64,000 nucleotides of DNA, taken from Callorhinchus milii. Lineage: Eukaryota. Position 1 is the stretch's first letter, and the number at the start of each line of letters is the position of its first letter. Both the position numbers and the translations under genes were made by a program. This document shows, one piece after another, positions 25,301-37,859 of this stretch. The notes under the pieces are model-generated. The model was not told the origin of the DNA. It was given only the letters and a program-made list of their open reading frames with translations, and did no database searches. The stretch is taken from the NCBI RefSeq assembly GCF_018977255.1, contig NW_024704749.1:6510001-6574000 (forward strand), written 5' to 3'.

Positions 25301-27802
25301 AGAACAAACAGATAATGAAATGGTAAGTTGTATTGTCCAGTGTTCTCTGCTTTTCCATATCCCCCTGCCTTGGCCAACAATAGCACAGAAGGGTAGTTTG
25401 AGTATTGGGTGGGAATTCGATGGACCTATGGATCTTTTCCCATTCTTTCCCTGTAAGAATTCTAATCCCAACCTTTGCACTACCCTAGTCAAGATCTCTG
25501 TACCATCATGAAATACGTAAAATCTGTCCCGTCAGATGAGGCATCAAGGAAGATATTGAGCCTCTTCAACCACGTTAGTCACTCTCCTATCCCCACCCTC
25601 CTTGTCCTCCTCTTCCCCCCCCCCCCTCCCGATTCCAACCCCCCAGCTCAGGTGCACATCCTTGATTGCCCAGCACTTTGGGACGTCCTTCCAACATGAA
25701 AGATGCTGCACAAATGTAACATGTTGTTGTTGAACCGAGATCCCGTCTGCGCATGTTTGGGTAGACGTTAAAGATCCCGGGGTGCTGTTCGAAAAGAGCA
25801 AAGGAAGTCAGGCCAACGGTCCTCCAGATCAAAAAAGTTATTGGTCATTCACTTCATGGCAGTTTGTGGGGCGTTGCGTGCATAAATTGGTTGCTGTGTT
25901 TGCCTAAAAAATTCACAGTTGCTGCACTTTACAGTGAAGCCTTGTGAAGTGCTTAGAGACTTTCGACACTATACTCTATATGTGAAGTTCAAGTTCTACA
26001 TATAACATTGACATTGCTTTTTTTGTTGTTCAGGGACCGTAAGAAAAAACGATTTGTCAGAGAAACTGGCAAAGAGGTAAAGAAAATAAGAATTGAAAGT
26101 GGAAGATACATTAATGCTACATACAAGAAAAACATGTATCCTTTATTGCTGCTTCCTCCCTCGCCTCCATCAAGACCCTCCTCTTCGAACGCGCCTTCGG
26201 TCACCTTCTATCCCAACCCGCAGCTCGGGTTCACATCCTTGAGGGTCTAGCTCCCTGGGACGTCCATAGAGAAGATTAATATTAAAACAGTAAAAAAAGA
26301 TAACTTGGTGTTTTTCAGCCATAAAAATTCAGAAAAGTTCATCGTTTTTTCAAGATATTTTCACCTTCTGTAAAGTTCTGAACAACCCGACAATGTGCAA
26401 TTTGAGAGATCACTTTTTTGTGATTCCCAATTCCTATGGTCCGCGAGCTTCAGAAGTGACTAAGTCAAGTCACGAGATGTCACGTAGAAGTTAATGTGGC
26501 TTTTGTTTCAAAGGTCATTCTGATATTTAACACTAGTTATGACGTGACCACGGACTGAATAGGGTATGGATGGTAAGCTACCAAATATAATAATCCTCGC
26601 ATTTGATACAGCACGTCTTTGAGACGTCTCAAAGCGCTTCACAGAATGTACTGTAAAGTGAGTTGACTATATTTTGTGGGCGAAATATCCCAGATGGATT
26701 CTGCTAACATCCTTAACCAGCAACATTCAGCTATGAGGAATGGAAGAAAAAATACAAGATTGACGATAGAATGTCTGATGATGAGAATGAATATGAGCAA
26801 CGGGGCCCCAAGCACAGGAAAGGTGCGAGAGGTATGGCTGGCTGCTTTTACACTAAAGTTCATTGTACCTAACTAACCCTTCAGTATCTATCCAATAAAC
26901 ATAACTGTTTGCAACTAACACAAGTTAGTGTTGAACAGTGTCCGTCCAATTGACAGTTGTGGGAATTTTTATAGCTGAGACCAGCCCCCGCCATATTTCT
27001 TTAGCTGCAGAGTGAAGGCAAAACTCAATCCAAGCTAAAGTGTAAAGGACGCAAAATTTGATGAAAGGAAATTTCTTGCTTCTATCGTAAGCAGTAGCAC
27101 ATTCAGTATTGTAAGCTCACCCATCAAACATTTCCAAACTAAATTACCTGACTATAATGTGCAGATCCACCTTATCTTGTCTCGACAGATAATTCCTGCT
27201 CTCGAATGAAACTTCCTAGTCAATTCTCAGTTCTCATCAGCTAATTCCTAGCTGTCTCGTTTTAAATTTTTCATAATCCTAATACTTGTGTACGTACTTT
27301 GGGTAACATATCTAATGTTCATTTTTTAAATGACTACAGTATAATATAAATCATATAATCGCCCAAGTCGTACATCTATCTGCTCAAGTCCTACCATTTA
27401 TAAGTTTGACATTACTCGTGCTTTGCGTAAGTCATATTGAATGTTTCGTTCCATCTGATACAACTCGTGTGAGGTTTACTGTAATCAGCTGAACCTGATT
27501 TTCTACTCTTTCGGGGGGTGGGGGGAACGGACAATGTACTAAAAGTGTGTAACTTGACAGGTGGAAGACGCCAGCCTGGCTCTTTCCCAGGAAAGCAAGG
27601 GCCACAACGTAACGTGCGCACCGAGCTCAAGAGCAAAGTCGACATCCTGCGAGAGAGGAAGAAGAAATCAAAGACTCTGTTCCTGCAACGGGGAGGGATG
27701 AAGAAAATCAAAGGCATGAACAGACAGCGCGTGAGGGAAATGAAGAGCATGGCCTTCGGACGAGGCAAAGACAAAAGGGGGAAAATGAGAAGAGGAAAAT
27801 AA
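16362..27802 (+). CDS. DDX54: ATP-dependent RNA helicase DDX54; 20 exons: 16362-16508, 17341-17467, 17631-17701, 18034-18222, 18476-18525, 18639-18680, 19141-19236, 19623-19744, 20474-20535, 21046-21177, 21547-21757, 22576-22710, 23321-23542, 24044-24117, 24221-24418, 24884-25017, 25209-25322, 26034-26135, 26731-26831, 27561-27802 (856 aa)
   Basis: [12 protein letters not shown] motif [47 protein letters not shown] and DBP10CT-type KKIRIESG. Exon phases chain consistently to 2571 nt. Confidence 0.96.
16540..16870 (-). mobile_element. tRNA-derived SINE, short subfamily, full length (young-looking)
   Basis: Intact A/B boxes, retained CpGs, pure (ATT)n tail; about 30 nt after DDX54 exon 1. Confidence 0.92.
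19765..19940 (-). mobile_element. L2 3' fragment (similar piece at 20745-20950)
   Basis: Shared GGACAGTCA.GGATTTGGACCTGAGCTG and GGAAGGTCTTGAGA segments; the 20745 piece translates [18 protein letters not shown]. Confidence 0.7.
20170..20400 (-). mobile_element. Ancient SINE-like remnant of a third family
   Basis: Minus strand reads CAGGTTTAAATCGCAGACTGTGCTGAATTGGCTGATTCTGGCTGGGGC (B-box-like plus body). Weak similarity to 53830-53940. Confidence 0.4.
22132..22285 (-). repeat. Unclassified interspersed repeat, copy 1 of 3
   Basis: Reverse complement aligns to 32495-32650 (TTCCATTCCAACA.TCTATCTCTGG...GGAATTCTCAGTTTGGTTTGGA...A-run). Confidence 0.8.
24575..24845 (+). mobile_element. 5'-truncated Deu-domain SINE (similar at 25735-25965 and 40110-40392)
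   Basis: GAGACGTTAAATCGAGG...GTGGATGTTAAAGATCCCATGGCGCTATTCGAAAAG core plus the shared tail. Confidence 0.8.
25130..25178 (+). mobile_element. CR1 LINE extreme 3' end (others near 45712-45787 and 57820-57970)
   Basis: ATGGGCTGAATGGCCTCC...ATTCTATGATTCCATGATT, the typical CR1 (ATTCTATG)n terminus. Confidence 0.6.
25510..25732 (+). mobile_element. L2 3' fragment (another at 26148-26265)
   Basis: CCTCTTCAACCACG...CCCAGCTCAGG...GGGACGTCCTTCCAACATGAAAG...TTGTTGTTG. Confidence 0.7.
26136..26730 (+). other. U12-type (minor spliceosome) GT-AG intron 18 of DDX54
   Basis: 5' splice site GTATCCTTT at 26136. Branch point TCCTTAAC at 26710-26717, 13 nt before the exon, with no polypyrimidine tract. Frame continues [10 protein letters not shown]. 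Confidence 0.93.
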
Positions 27803-29196
27803 ACGTACGAACCCGACTGGGTGGATGGACAGTTCTGTTTTCTTACATTAAACTTGCAGCTAGTGTTTGCAACCACTTTGGCTTAAATTAATACCAGTGT
27901 TTTGGGCCAATAGGGAGCAGTAGGAGCATGATTTATTTTTTTTAAAAAGCCATGTGACGTCAATTTTTCACACGCCCATAAGACGCAAGGTAAAAAGGAC
28001 AGGTCGAGTGTTCGTTCATAAGGAAGCTTTGTTGAGCACAACGATCTGGCATATACTGTGAAGCGCTTTGCGACACCTCGAAGCCGTGAAAAGCGCTATG
28101 TCAAATGCAAGGATTATTATTATGATTATACACTGCACTGACACTGGTGTGAGTTGTCCTGGTTATATGTGGTCTGAAAGAGAATAGACAGCAAACGCTA
28201 TTTTATAAAAGACGTGCAATTTATTCAACATGAGTATTGTGCAAGTAATATGAAATACAGAGGTCTGCCCATAACATGCTAATATTAACCAAGCTTGTCT
28301 ATGGGATATCTTGTTCTGAATTCATGGTTAAACGTCCAATAGCGGACTGAAATCTGGCGGGGCGAGTCATAAAAGCTCCCCCGTAAAATAATTAATGTTT
28401 CTCTGTTACACAAATATTTTTATTGAATGATTAACATGGAATCTAAGTGAATTGATTAAATAAAAATTGAGCGAGCAGCTTTGATTGAAATCTTCAACCG
28501 GAGAAAGAAAATTGAAAACTGTGATACGAGAGGGTAAGAAGTTCTGTGGGAGGAGAGAAAATGTTAGTCTTGTAGTTCTTTTTTTGCCAAGATGAACTGC
28601 AGACAGATAACATGACAAAGCAGTGAGAATTAAATGTGTCCTAAAAAAACTGATCAAACATTAGCAAGTAGCAAATTCTTAAGTGATTTACCAACCGTTT
28701 TTAGTTGACCAACAAAATAATCATAGGAATAACAAAAATAACAAGATTTATTGCCACAAATCAAGAATGATTATCATGATTTATGACATTGAGATTTCTC
28801 AAAGCAGTTCACAGGATATACTGTAAAGTGGATTGCCTGTGTGTTTTCTGGGTGAAACGTGGCAGCCAGTTGTGTACCAATGTTCCACAAACAGCCATGG
28901 AGTCAGTGACTAATTTTATTGGGTTGGGAGGGGGGGATTGGCCAGGACACCAGGAGAGAGAAACTCTTTTCGAATAGTGCTACGAGATCTTTTAACATCC
29001 ACCTGAACATCTCATCCGGGCCGTACTGAGACACATCGAGATGCTATTTTTTCTCCTCTTGTGTGCCACAGACTGGAAGTGCAAAGCACTTAACACTGCA
29101 TCAACGATGGTCTGTGTTACACCTGTGCTGTAACGGGCTGGGCTATATTTCTGTAGTTCTGTAATGTTAATGAGGAATAGCTACAAAAGGTTAACA

Positions 29197-32100
29197 TTAC
29201 CATTTTTTCAGGAACAGTAGTGTACTCGCACTTATGACCGTATCCCTCTTATAGATGTCAATTAACATTTCCTTCAAGTCCAACAGGTACTGTTGGATCT
29301 GTCGAGAGTTTCAGAAACAGATCAGCATGTCTCGGTTCATTCTGAATGGTTTTCAAGCACCACTTAAAATGAGATAAATCAGTTGCTCAAATAGTAATGC
29401 CCAACGCTAATTTGGCAATTGGCACACATTTACACTATTAAATCCTGGCCTACATTCTTCTTCCATGGATACAAAAACACAGGAATCCATTGTGTTCTGT
29501 GAAGTATTTGGGCTCATCATAATTTCAACCTGTCCTCATATCTACAGTAATGTTCTCAGTGACAGCTTGTTCTTTTTGAAGATGAGAATCGATCACATTT
29601 CCCCTTGTCTGTCTGGACTCAACTCTCTGGAGGGAATGTCCCCTCCTACCCAATTCCTAAACACATCTGGCACAGGGTGGCAAGAGCTAAATTGTTTGGG
29701 GGTATTTCGGACTATGCAGTGAGGTACTTCACCAGTTAAAACCGCAGAGCTTGTCACTTACAGTGCCTTAATGAAACTGCTAGTTTAGAAACTAACCAAG
29801 TCTCATTGTACCTTCTATGGTGTAAGGTTTCACTCTGCTCAGAAATCAAACCCGAATCCTCTCACTTGCGAGGCGAGCGCGGTAAACACTACGCTACGCC
29901 AACTAAACATAAAAGCTTTAAAATGAGGGTGGAATAGAATTGAATGTGATAAACAACTGGTACAACTCACCGTGTCAAGCTGTCCATTGATTTCCCCCAC
30001 AGGGCATTCCATTAGTAAGCCTTGTTCCTTCTTTACAATGTTGTGAAGGTTCTGAACTGCCATCCTTACTGTGCCCAACACCAGTGTCCTTTTAGCTGCC
30101 GTGTTCTGAATTACAGTCCAACTTGCCTCCTGGATAAGTTACAACACAGCACAATTTCAATTACTCTGCAATTAACGTGTTTATCACCTCACCTCAAAAC
30201 ATCAATTTAAAAAGTTATTCTCCAGAGGAAACGGCCTTTAAAATTCATTTGGGCTCAAATAATGAAATGCCGGCTTTCACTGCCTTCTCCTAAGCAGAAA
30301 TAAGTGTTTGCAATTTTAGTTATTAGAGGTACTTCACATTTTAGCAATATGTGTGCAAATTGGCTGCGGGTTCACCCGCACTTGTCAAAAATTGCCTGCA
30401 AAGCTCTGAGACATTTCAAAGTTACAGCTGCCTCATTACAATGGTAGAATTATTAGTAATAATACCTTTTCACTTCCATAGCAGTTACTGACCTCCTGTA
30501 TTGCAACAAAGAAATACATACAGTAGCAGTGTTCATTGCAGATGTTGATATCAGCACTAAACTGTGCTTCGCAGAAGCTGGGACTTCAAGTCAGATAGGG
30601 TGCTGCCTTATGGCTGCTTTATTTGATCATTTATTTGATTATTCCTGATCGACGCTTACCAGTTTCATAGTATGCATTTTGGCTCGCTCCAGTTGGTTCT
30701 GTTTGTTGGTCAGGTCATTGTTGTACATCAAGATGTCGTTGCTCTTTTGCTTCACGAATTTAGTCAGTCTGTTTTTAATCTCTTTGATAGCCGCCTGGTT
30801 TTCGCCTTCGCTCATCAGCAGGTCATCCCTAGTGATGATCAGGGTCTCGAAACGAGCTTTCGCCACAGTCGGCTCCTGAAACTGTTAAACGGTGATGTTG
30901 TGGAACCAGAACTATGTTCTGTGGAGTCCCATAGCGTAGTGGTTAGAGCGCTCGTCTCGCAAGAGAGGACACGGGTTTGATTCCCGGTGGGGCAAAACCT
31001 TAGGCAAGTTTCCTTACTCCACCACACGCCTCTGTCTACCTAGCAGTAGGTAGGAACTCGGTCATGAATCGTTTGGAAGATCGCTTTCTGGGGGTAATAA
31101 TCCCTTCCCCCCAAAAATGAGGCCGCTCAATCCACGACTGGTTGTGGGACGTTGCTGTGTACAATTGGCTGCCGTGTTTCGCCCACAAAATACACAGTCA
31201 GTCAACTTTGCAGTATATTCTGTGAAGCTCTTTGAGGTGTCTTAACGACATGATAAGGCGCTCTATCAAATGCAAGGATTATTATTATTATACTGAGAGA
31301 TAAGAAAGTAGCCAATTTTCCTCTCCTGTGGAGTAGAACCCCGAAAGCTTGTATGTATATATAAGTAGGAATTCAGCACCGTTGTGACTTATCAAATGCG
31401 GAATCCCTCCAAAGACTTAACGCTATCCAAATGCAGGTTGTTATCTTACCTCCTCTGAGAGTTGTGTCACTTGTTCCATATAGTTTAGGTAAATGGCGTA
31501 TTTTTGCAGCTTTTTCTTCAGTTTGATGTTCTGTTGTATGATTCTATCCATTTCCTGGAGCAGTTTCAATATGTCCCTCTCTTTTTGCTTAATCAGTTCT
31601 TGTTCCATGTTTGCTTTATTGTAAGCCCTTTTCCGCTTGGAATCGTTTTCCTTGGGAAAGGGATTGGGGTGGGAGGGTGGGGGGAGCCGGGAGCAAGAGT
31701 TATTTTTGTGAATATTCATCTCAGAATTTCGAGGTAACGCTGGCTTGCACACTAAATTTCTTCACCTGATAAATACACAGTCACTACACTTTATAGTAAA
31801 TCCTCTGAAGCACCTTGAGAAGCCCTCCTGATGTGGAGTCCCGTAGCATAGTGGTTAGCACGCTCGCCTCGCAAGCAAGAGGGCCCGGCTTCGATTCCCA
31901 GAGAGGGCAAAACCTTAGGCAAATTTCCTGACTTCACACACCTCTATTTACTGAGCAGTAAGTCTTAGTCGGACTTTTCGGGGGATAATAATCCCTCCAA
32001 AATAAATGTGGTCACTCAAACCACGACTGTTTGTCGGACACTGCTGTAAACAATATCCTGATGCTTTCGCACCCAAAATACACAGTCAATTCACTTTACA

Positions 32101-33805
32101 GTATATTCTGTGAAGCGCTTTGAGACGCCTCAATGATGTGATGAGGCACTATATCAAATGCAAGGATTATTATTATTATTATAATTTATAATAAATTGTC
32201 TGAAGCGCTTTGAGAAGCCCTGATGTGGACTGTGCTGTAGGTGCTGTAGCAAACACAAGGAATATTTAATATTGTGTTAAAAACTCTTCATTTGGGTATT
32301 TTTATCATGTGCGATGGAAAAGATGCTTGAACAGGCATCGCTGAAAACATGCACTCACCTTCAGGAATTTCTCAAATTTAACAATTTGTTCCTTCAGTTC
32401 CCCTTCCTTGTATTTGAGTTCCTGTCTTCTGAACTTCAAAGAATCCATTTTCGCCTCAAACTCCTGCGGAAGGAGAAATTGTACTTTTATGCAACACTCC
32501 AGGGAGGGAGAGAGTGCGCTTTCCATTCCAACAATCTATCTCTGGGATTTCCATGTATAGGTGGGATGCATGGAATTCTCAGTTTGGTTTGGAGACTCTT
32601 ATGGTGATGAGTTTCCGTGTGTATCACGACACCCGGCTTAGCAAAAAAAAATCACCTCCCTACTCCCAAAACCCACCTCCACTTATTAACCTGAGGCTCC
32701 TAGTCAGTTTTGTGAAGCACTTCGAGACATCTTCCCAATGTGAAAGGCGCTGTACAAACTGTCATATGGCAACCCCTGGAAAAATCATTGGTTCAGACTA
32801 CAGTGTAGTTTATAGAGTGCAGTGAGAAAATGCTTTATGCTCTGGATAAACAGGAATGAGATGAGACATATATTAAAATGCCAATCGTTAGACTAAGAGT
32901 TTAACTTCCTCTCTGTTTCTGTGAATAGGCTCACATTACTTAGAGCTTTGCCCATTGGGTTTATGATCCACAATTTTCAATCCCGCAGTCTCTCCGCCTC
33001 GCCCCCTCCCTTGCCTCCTTCAAGACCCATCTCAAGACCCTCCTCTTCGACCGTGCTTTTGATCTCCCTGCTTCCCCCCTTGCCCTCCAACCTCCCCGAT
33101 CCCGACCCCCAGCTCGGGTCCGAAACTCTAAGTGTCCAGTGCCTTGGGACATCCTCCCGACTTGAAAGGCGCTATACAAATGTAATTTTGTTGTTGTTGT
33201 TGTTGGACAAATTCTTGGTTTCTGTCTCTACCTCTTTTTGATTGCCTAGAGCTTCTTCCAACTGGAGTAACTGTTGTCTTTTCTCCAGCAGTTGAGTGGC
33301 AGTGGTGAGGTTTGCAGTGTCTCTCTCTGGCAGTTTTCTTTATGGAAGGAAAGAAGAGAAACCAGTCAACACGAGTATTGTGTGTCAGACTGGTGCAGTG
33401 GTTACGCTCTCGTCTCTGACTCAGAAGGTTGTGGGTTCAAGCCCCCATGTCGGCATTTGGAATCACAAATAAATCCCAAATAAAAGCCATCACTCACTCC
33501 ATGGCCGTTTGTGGGGCATTGCTGTGTGCAAACTGCCAACCACTTTGAACACTATATCAAATGCAAGGATTATTATTATTATTACTTGTCAGGGGTTGAA
33601 GCCGAGATTCTGTGACTGGCAAACAACGAATTACCGACTAGTTTTCAATAAAGGATGAATGAAAAAGTAAAGAAACTGCCGCCAAGTCTCCATTTCATTG
33701 CAGTCTCTGCGATGGAGAGCCAACACAATGAATGGGCAGATGCGCTCAGCTCAAGTGTACTGACCTGTGAGGGAACGGTGAATTATATTCGAAGTGCTTC
33801 GCCAT
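29197..33805 (-). CDS. CFAP73: Cilia- and flagella-associated protein 73 (CCDC42 family); exons 33765-33805 (tentative), 33232-33337, 32359-32463, 31450-31650, 30660-30881, 29971-30129, 29197-29298 (about 311 aa)
   Basis: Family motifs [49 protein letters not shown] junctions in frame. Tail-to-tail with DDX54 as human CFAP73. First coding exon and last few codons uncertain (TG|gtaatg at 29200 could splice to a terminal exon near 28320). Confidence 0.85.
30921..31291 (+). mobile_element. tRNA-derived SINE, long subfamily, full length
   Basis: GTGGAGTCCCATAGCGTAGTGGTTAGAGCG head, internal segment and (ATT)n tail. Confidence 0.9.
31833..32181 (+). mobile_element. tRNA-derived SINE, long subfamily, flanked by a ~30-bp direct repeat
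   Basis: Full head and tail; similar flanks at 31804-31837 and 32199-32229. Confidence 0.88.
32495..32650 (+). repeat. Unclassified interspersed repeat, copy 2 of 3
   Basis: Aligns with the reverse complements of 22132-22285 and 46748-46835. Confidence 0.8.
32970..33205 (+). mobile_element. L2 3' end with (TTG)n tail
   Basis: CCTTGCCTCCTTCAAGACCCATCTCAAGACCCTCCTCTTCGACCGTGC...GGGACATCCTCCCGACTTGAAAGGCGCTATACAAATGTAATTTTGTTGTTG. Confidence 0.85.
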
Positions 33806-34066
33806 ACTTCAATTCAATGATATCGAAAGCGCTTCATAAGGGATGAGTTCCTTTCATTAACTCTGGCTATCTGATTTTTCCACTGACTGCATGGCATTCA
33901 GTGGCTTAAGTAAATAACACTTGCATTTGACAAAACACTTTATCACATTAAACGCCTCAGAGTACTGTTTGTGAGGCGTTACTGGTACAAATTAGCGGCT
34001 GTGTTTTCCTGTTTAACCACCTGCCACTTATATAAGTTTTTTTTTACTTAGTGGAGCCTTTAGATG

Positions 34067-34400
34067 TCGGCCTGGCTCATTGGTAGCCCTCTCTCCTCTT
34101 GACACAGAAGGTTGTGGATTCAAGCCCCACATTGGGATTTAGAACTCACCGCATTGGGGTGTCAGCCTAGAGTATTAGTCTAGCTGACCCTCTAATGCAG
34201 TCTGGGGATATGCTGATAGCGATAGAGCTTGTTGATAGTGCGACCTTCAGATGAAACCTTAAACTTAGGTCCTGTAAAGATGGATCCATGGTATTACTTG
34301 AAAACAGACTGCAGTTTCTCTCCTGGCCAACAATCCCCCAAATAAAATTGATCATTCACTTCATGGCTCTTAGTGGATCACTGCTGAACACAAAACGCCG
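34067..34400 (+). mobile_element. Degenerate Deu-domain SINE (related pieces at 33385-33582 and 45160-45570)
   Basis: Head ...CAGAAGGTTGTGGATTCAAGCCCCAC shared with the 44150 copy. Confidence 0.7.
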
Positions 34401-34538
34401 CCCCATCGCTGTCAATGGAAAGTGGCATAAAAAATATACATACTTGTCTGAATCATAACTGCACAAGGTTCTAAGATCTATTTCTTGATCTTCATTAAGA
34501 AATATCTTTAAACAGCTTACAATTTGCCTCATCCCTAG

Positions 34539-34800
34539 ACACACACACACACATACAAACACGTATGATATACAGATACCTGCATACACACACAAACGCG
34601 TCTACATATACACATATAACAGACATGGATATAAACATGCATATAAATATACAGATATTCACACATCTACATATGCACACTTATACAGATACGGATATAA
34701 ACACGTATGTAAATATACAGATGTTCACACACTTAAGCATACACATACACACATAAGCATATACATACATGCATACATACACACACATATGTTCACAGAT
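34539..34800. repeat. AC/AT-rich degenerate tandem repeat
   Basis: Two related units ACAGA...GGATATAAACA.G.AT.TAAATATACAGAT.TTCACACA embedded in (CA)/(CATA) runs. Confidence 0.75.
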
Positions 34801-35879
34801 AATCAGGGGACCCCCCACATCGTTTATCTCAATTCTTAAGTTTTGTAAATTTAATATATTACTTAATAATATTTAGCATGAGGAAAATATGATAAAAGGA
34901 GGAAAAAAAAACAACTAAAAAAGAGGGAAGTTATAAAACGCCTCATTCCCACGAATAAAGTCTAATCGTATGTGATTTTTACTTAAGTGTTTCTTTGCAC
35001 AACTCCATGTGTCGACGTGGCATTACGTTAGAGTATTTCTGTCGGGCAATATCGTGCAATATTTCTGCTTCTTAACGGCCAATGCACTGAAACTGGGGTG
35101 GCAGAGCATTTCTCGCAGGTCAAGTGCAAACTCTTTTAAGAAATCCGAATTGGAAAAAAAAACTTGTAACAGTTTTATCGCTGCGAAAAAAAAAACGAAT
35201 AGCAACAGCAACAAAAGCAAAAGACAAGGCATTGAATCAGAAAGAAACCGTTGCAAAATCCAGGACTAATTCGGTCTAAGTCGATTGGGTTGCGAATTGC
35301 TTTTTTAATTAAATGCATCATCTGGGGTGGGGGTGGGGGGGGTGGGGTTGGGGGGTGGGGGGGAGCAAAAAAAAAACACTCCACAAGTCGGGACAGGAGT
35401 AGGATTCCAATAGAATTTGCATTTCATTTTTTTTTTGCAAAGTTGGGAGGAAAAAAAAGAGCAAAGCTGTGCAAAGTTGCACAAACACTGTGTGTGTGTG
35501 TCTCTCTCTCTCTCTCTCCTTCTCTCTCTCTCTGTCCTCAACCCACACTGACAGTCACCAACACCCCCCTCCCCACCCCATCCCACCCACCAAACCCCCC
35601 TCCCCTCCCCTTCCCCCCCCCCCACCCCCCCACCCCCACGATCGCCCTTTAAAACTCACACCAAGAGTTGGTCTTGGAACACAGTGGTGAAATAGTCTTC
35701 TAAATGAAACGCCATCTCTCTTGGTCGGGTTCTAATTCCACCCCCAAAAAAAAAAAAAAAAAAAAAGAATCGAGGAGGAGAAATGGGGTGTGGGAGAGAA
35801 TGTCTGGCCCAGGAATCCCACCCCCCACCCACTTGGGTATGTTTCAGGTCCTCAGAGCATTAGACAAAACCCCACAGCA

Positions 35880-36310
35880 ACATACATACATACACCTCGG
35901 TTACCAAGCAACCCAGAGACGCCTTCTGTATCGCCCTCTCCACCACAAAAGCAAGTGTGACGATTGCATCTCCACCACTGGACATCGTCTGTGTTCCCTG
36001 AATATTCATTTCCCCCTCCCATCTTGGTGTCAGGGGTTGGGGGGGGGGGGGGGGGGTAGCTGCGGAGTTGGGGCGGCAGAGGGAAGGGGATGAAATTCCG
36101 GCGCAGAGAGTAGCGGTCAGCGCGCTCGGCTCGCAGAAGCGGAGAGGACCCGGCTTGGGGTCGCGATTCCCGGGCGGGGCGGGGCGGGGAGGGGGGGGGG
36201 AGGGGCGGGGCGCAACGTTAGGAGGGTTCCCCCCCCCCGCCTCTCCGCCCCACGCCTCGGTTTATCGAGCGTTATTTCGGAAACCCGGTTGTTAGTGGAT
36301 TGGCGGATCG
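35880..36310. promoter_or_regulatory. GC/CpG-rich promoter, probably of CFAP73
   Basis: X-box GTTACCAAGCAAC 35900-35912, tandem GC boxes 36172-36211, minus-strand donor gtgagt at 35659. Confidence 0.55.
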
Positions 36311-37859
36311 CTTTCCGGAGGGTACTGCTGCTACTAATAATCCTTGCATTTGATATAGCACGTTATCGTGCCGTGGAGGCATCTCAAAGCGCTTCACGGC
36401 ATACCACACGCTGCAAAGTGGTTTGACGGTTGTGCGTTTTGTGGGCGAAATGCGGCAGCCAGTTTGCAAACAGCAGACAATAAAAAAAGGGGGAAAGGGC
36501 TCAGGGCTTGAGTTCCTGCCCTGAAGCTGTGGGAACTTGAACATTAAAGTCCAGGCAGAATAGTTTTAAGATGAATTTCGGTTAATCTGTAGACTCTCTG
36601 TATGTACTGTATATACTGTAAACTGTATACTTTGTAGGCAAAACGCGGCAGTAAATTGCTCACTTCTACCAAAGCTGCAAGGACAAAGCTCGAACTCTAG
36701 GTGGAAGCAAACGTGTCTCCTTTGAACGACTCGCGTTCCAATTTCAATGCCATTTGGCTTGTGTTTTCACAACAAAATTACATTTGTATAGCGCCTTTCA
36801 CGTTGGGAAGACATCCCAAGGTGCTGGAGGTTTAACACTGTGTTTTAACAGGGCTCATCCCAAATCCCTTAATATTTGTTCCTCATCTTCTTAATCCACT
36901 TCCCTTTGAAATAATTCCGTTTTTGGAGCCTCAATTAGGACTAGAGGTTATAAATCCCAATCCTCCTCTGAGTGAAGAAATGCCTTCGAACCTCTTAATT
37001 TATCTGCTCACATTTACTCTGAGATCGTGCCCACTGTCGTTAGTTGCACATAAAGGGAATTGAGCCCTAACTAAAGCGCTCCAGGACGCTACCCCGCGTG
37101 AGGTGCACTATATAAACACAAGTTGTTGTTGTTACTAATCAGCTTGGAGTAAAAGAACCCAGACTTTCGCGACTTCAAAATGTACATTTTAATCAGATCG
37201 GCAATTAAAAATGACACGCCTCGTTTAAAAATATATCACAGTGCACACCGAAATTAATCAACCACACGCTTTCGAAACATTTCACTGTAAACTGTTCATT
37301 TGACAAACGTTTCAACTCTGCGTAGTCAGATTGCTAAAAAAAAGTGTTTCATTGCATTTCAATTACTAAAATACTTTCGCCTGAAATTACAATTGATCTT
37401 GGCTTGTAAGTCTGACCATTTCCCCTCTTAAAGTGTACGACAGCGCAGAATTGTGTAAATTTCTTGAGGTTTGATCCTCATTTTGAAGCCAGTTTCACTT
37501 TTAAGAACTGCAGAAAATCGGCTTGTAAAGTTAAGACTGAACTTAAGAATTTTCCACAATCTTGGCCATCTAAAAACAGTAGTAATAATCCTTGCATTTG
37601 ATAGTGCCTTTCACATCAGGTAGACGTCTCAAAGCGCTTCACAGGATTCACTGTAAATTATAGCAAATGTGTATTTCGTAGGTGAACGTGGCAGACAATT
37701 TGCACACAGCAATATGCCCATACAAACAGCCAGGAAATAAAGGGCCAATTTTATCTGTTGGCCTGGAATCTGGGAGAAAGGAGCCTTTACAGGCTGGGAC
37801 TGGGTGAATTTTTGGGGCAATTGATTCATGTGGAATCAATAGTCATCAAACGATCATTG

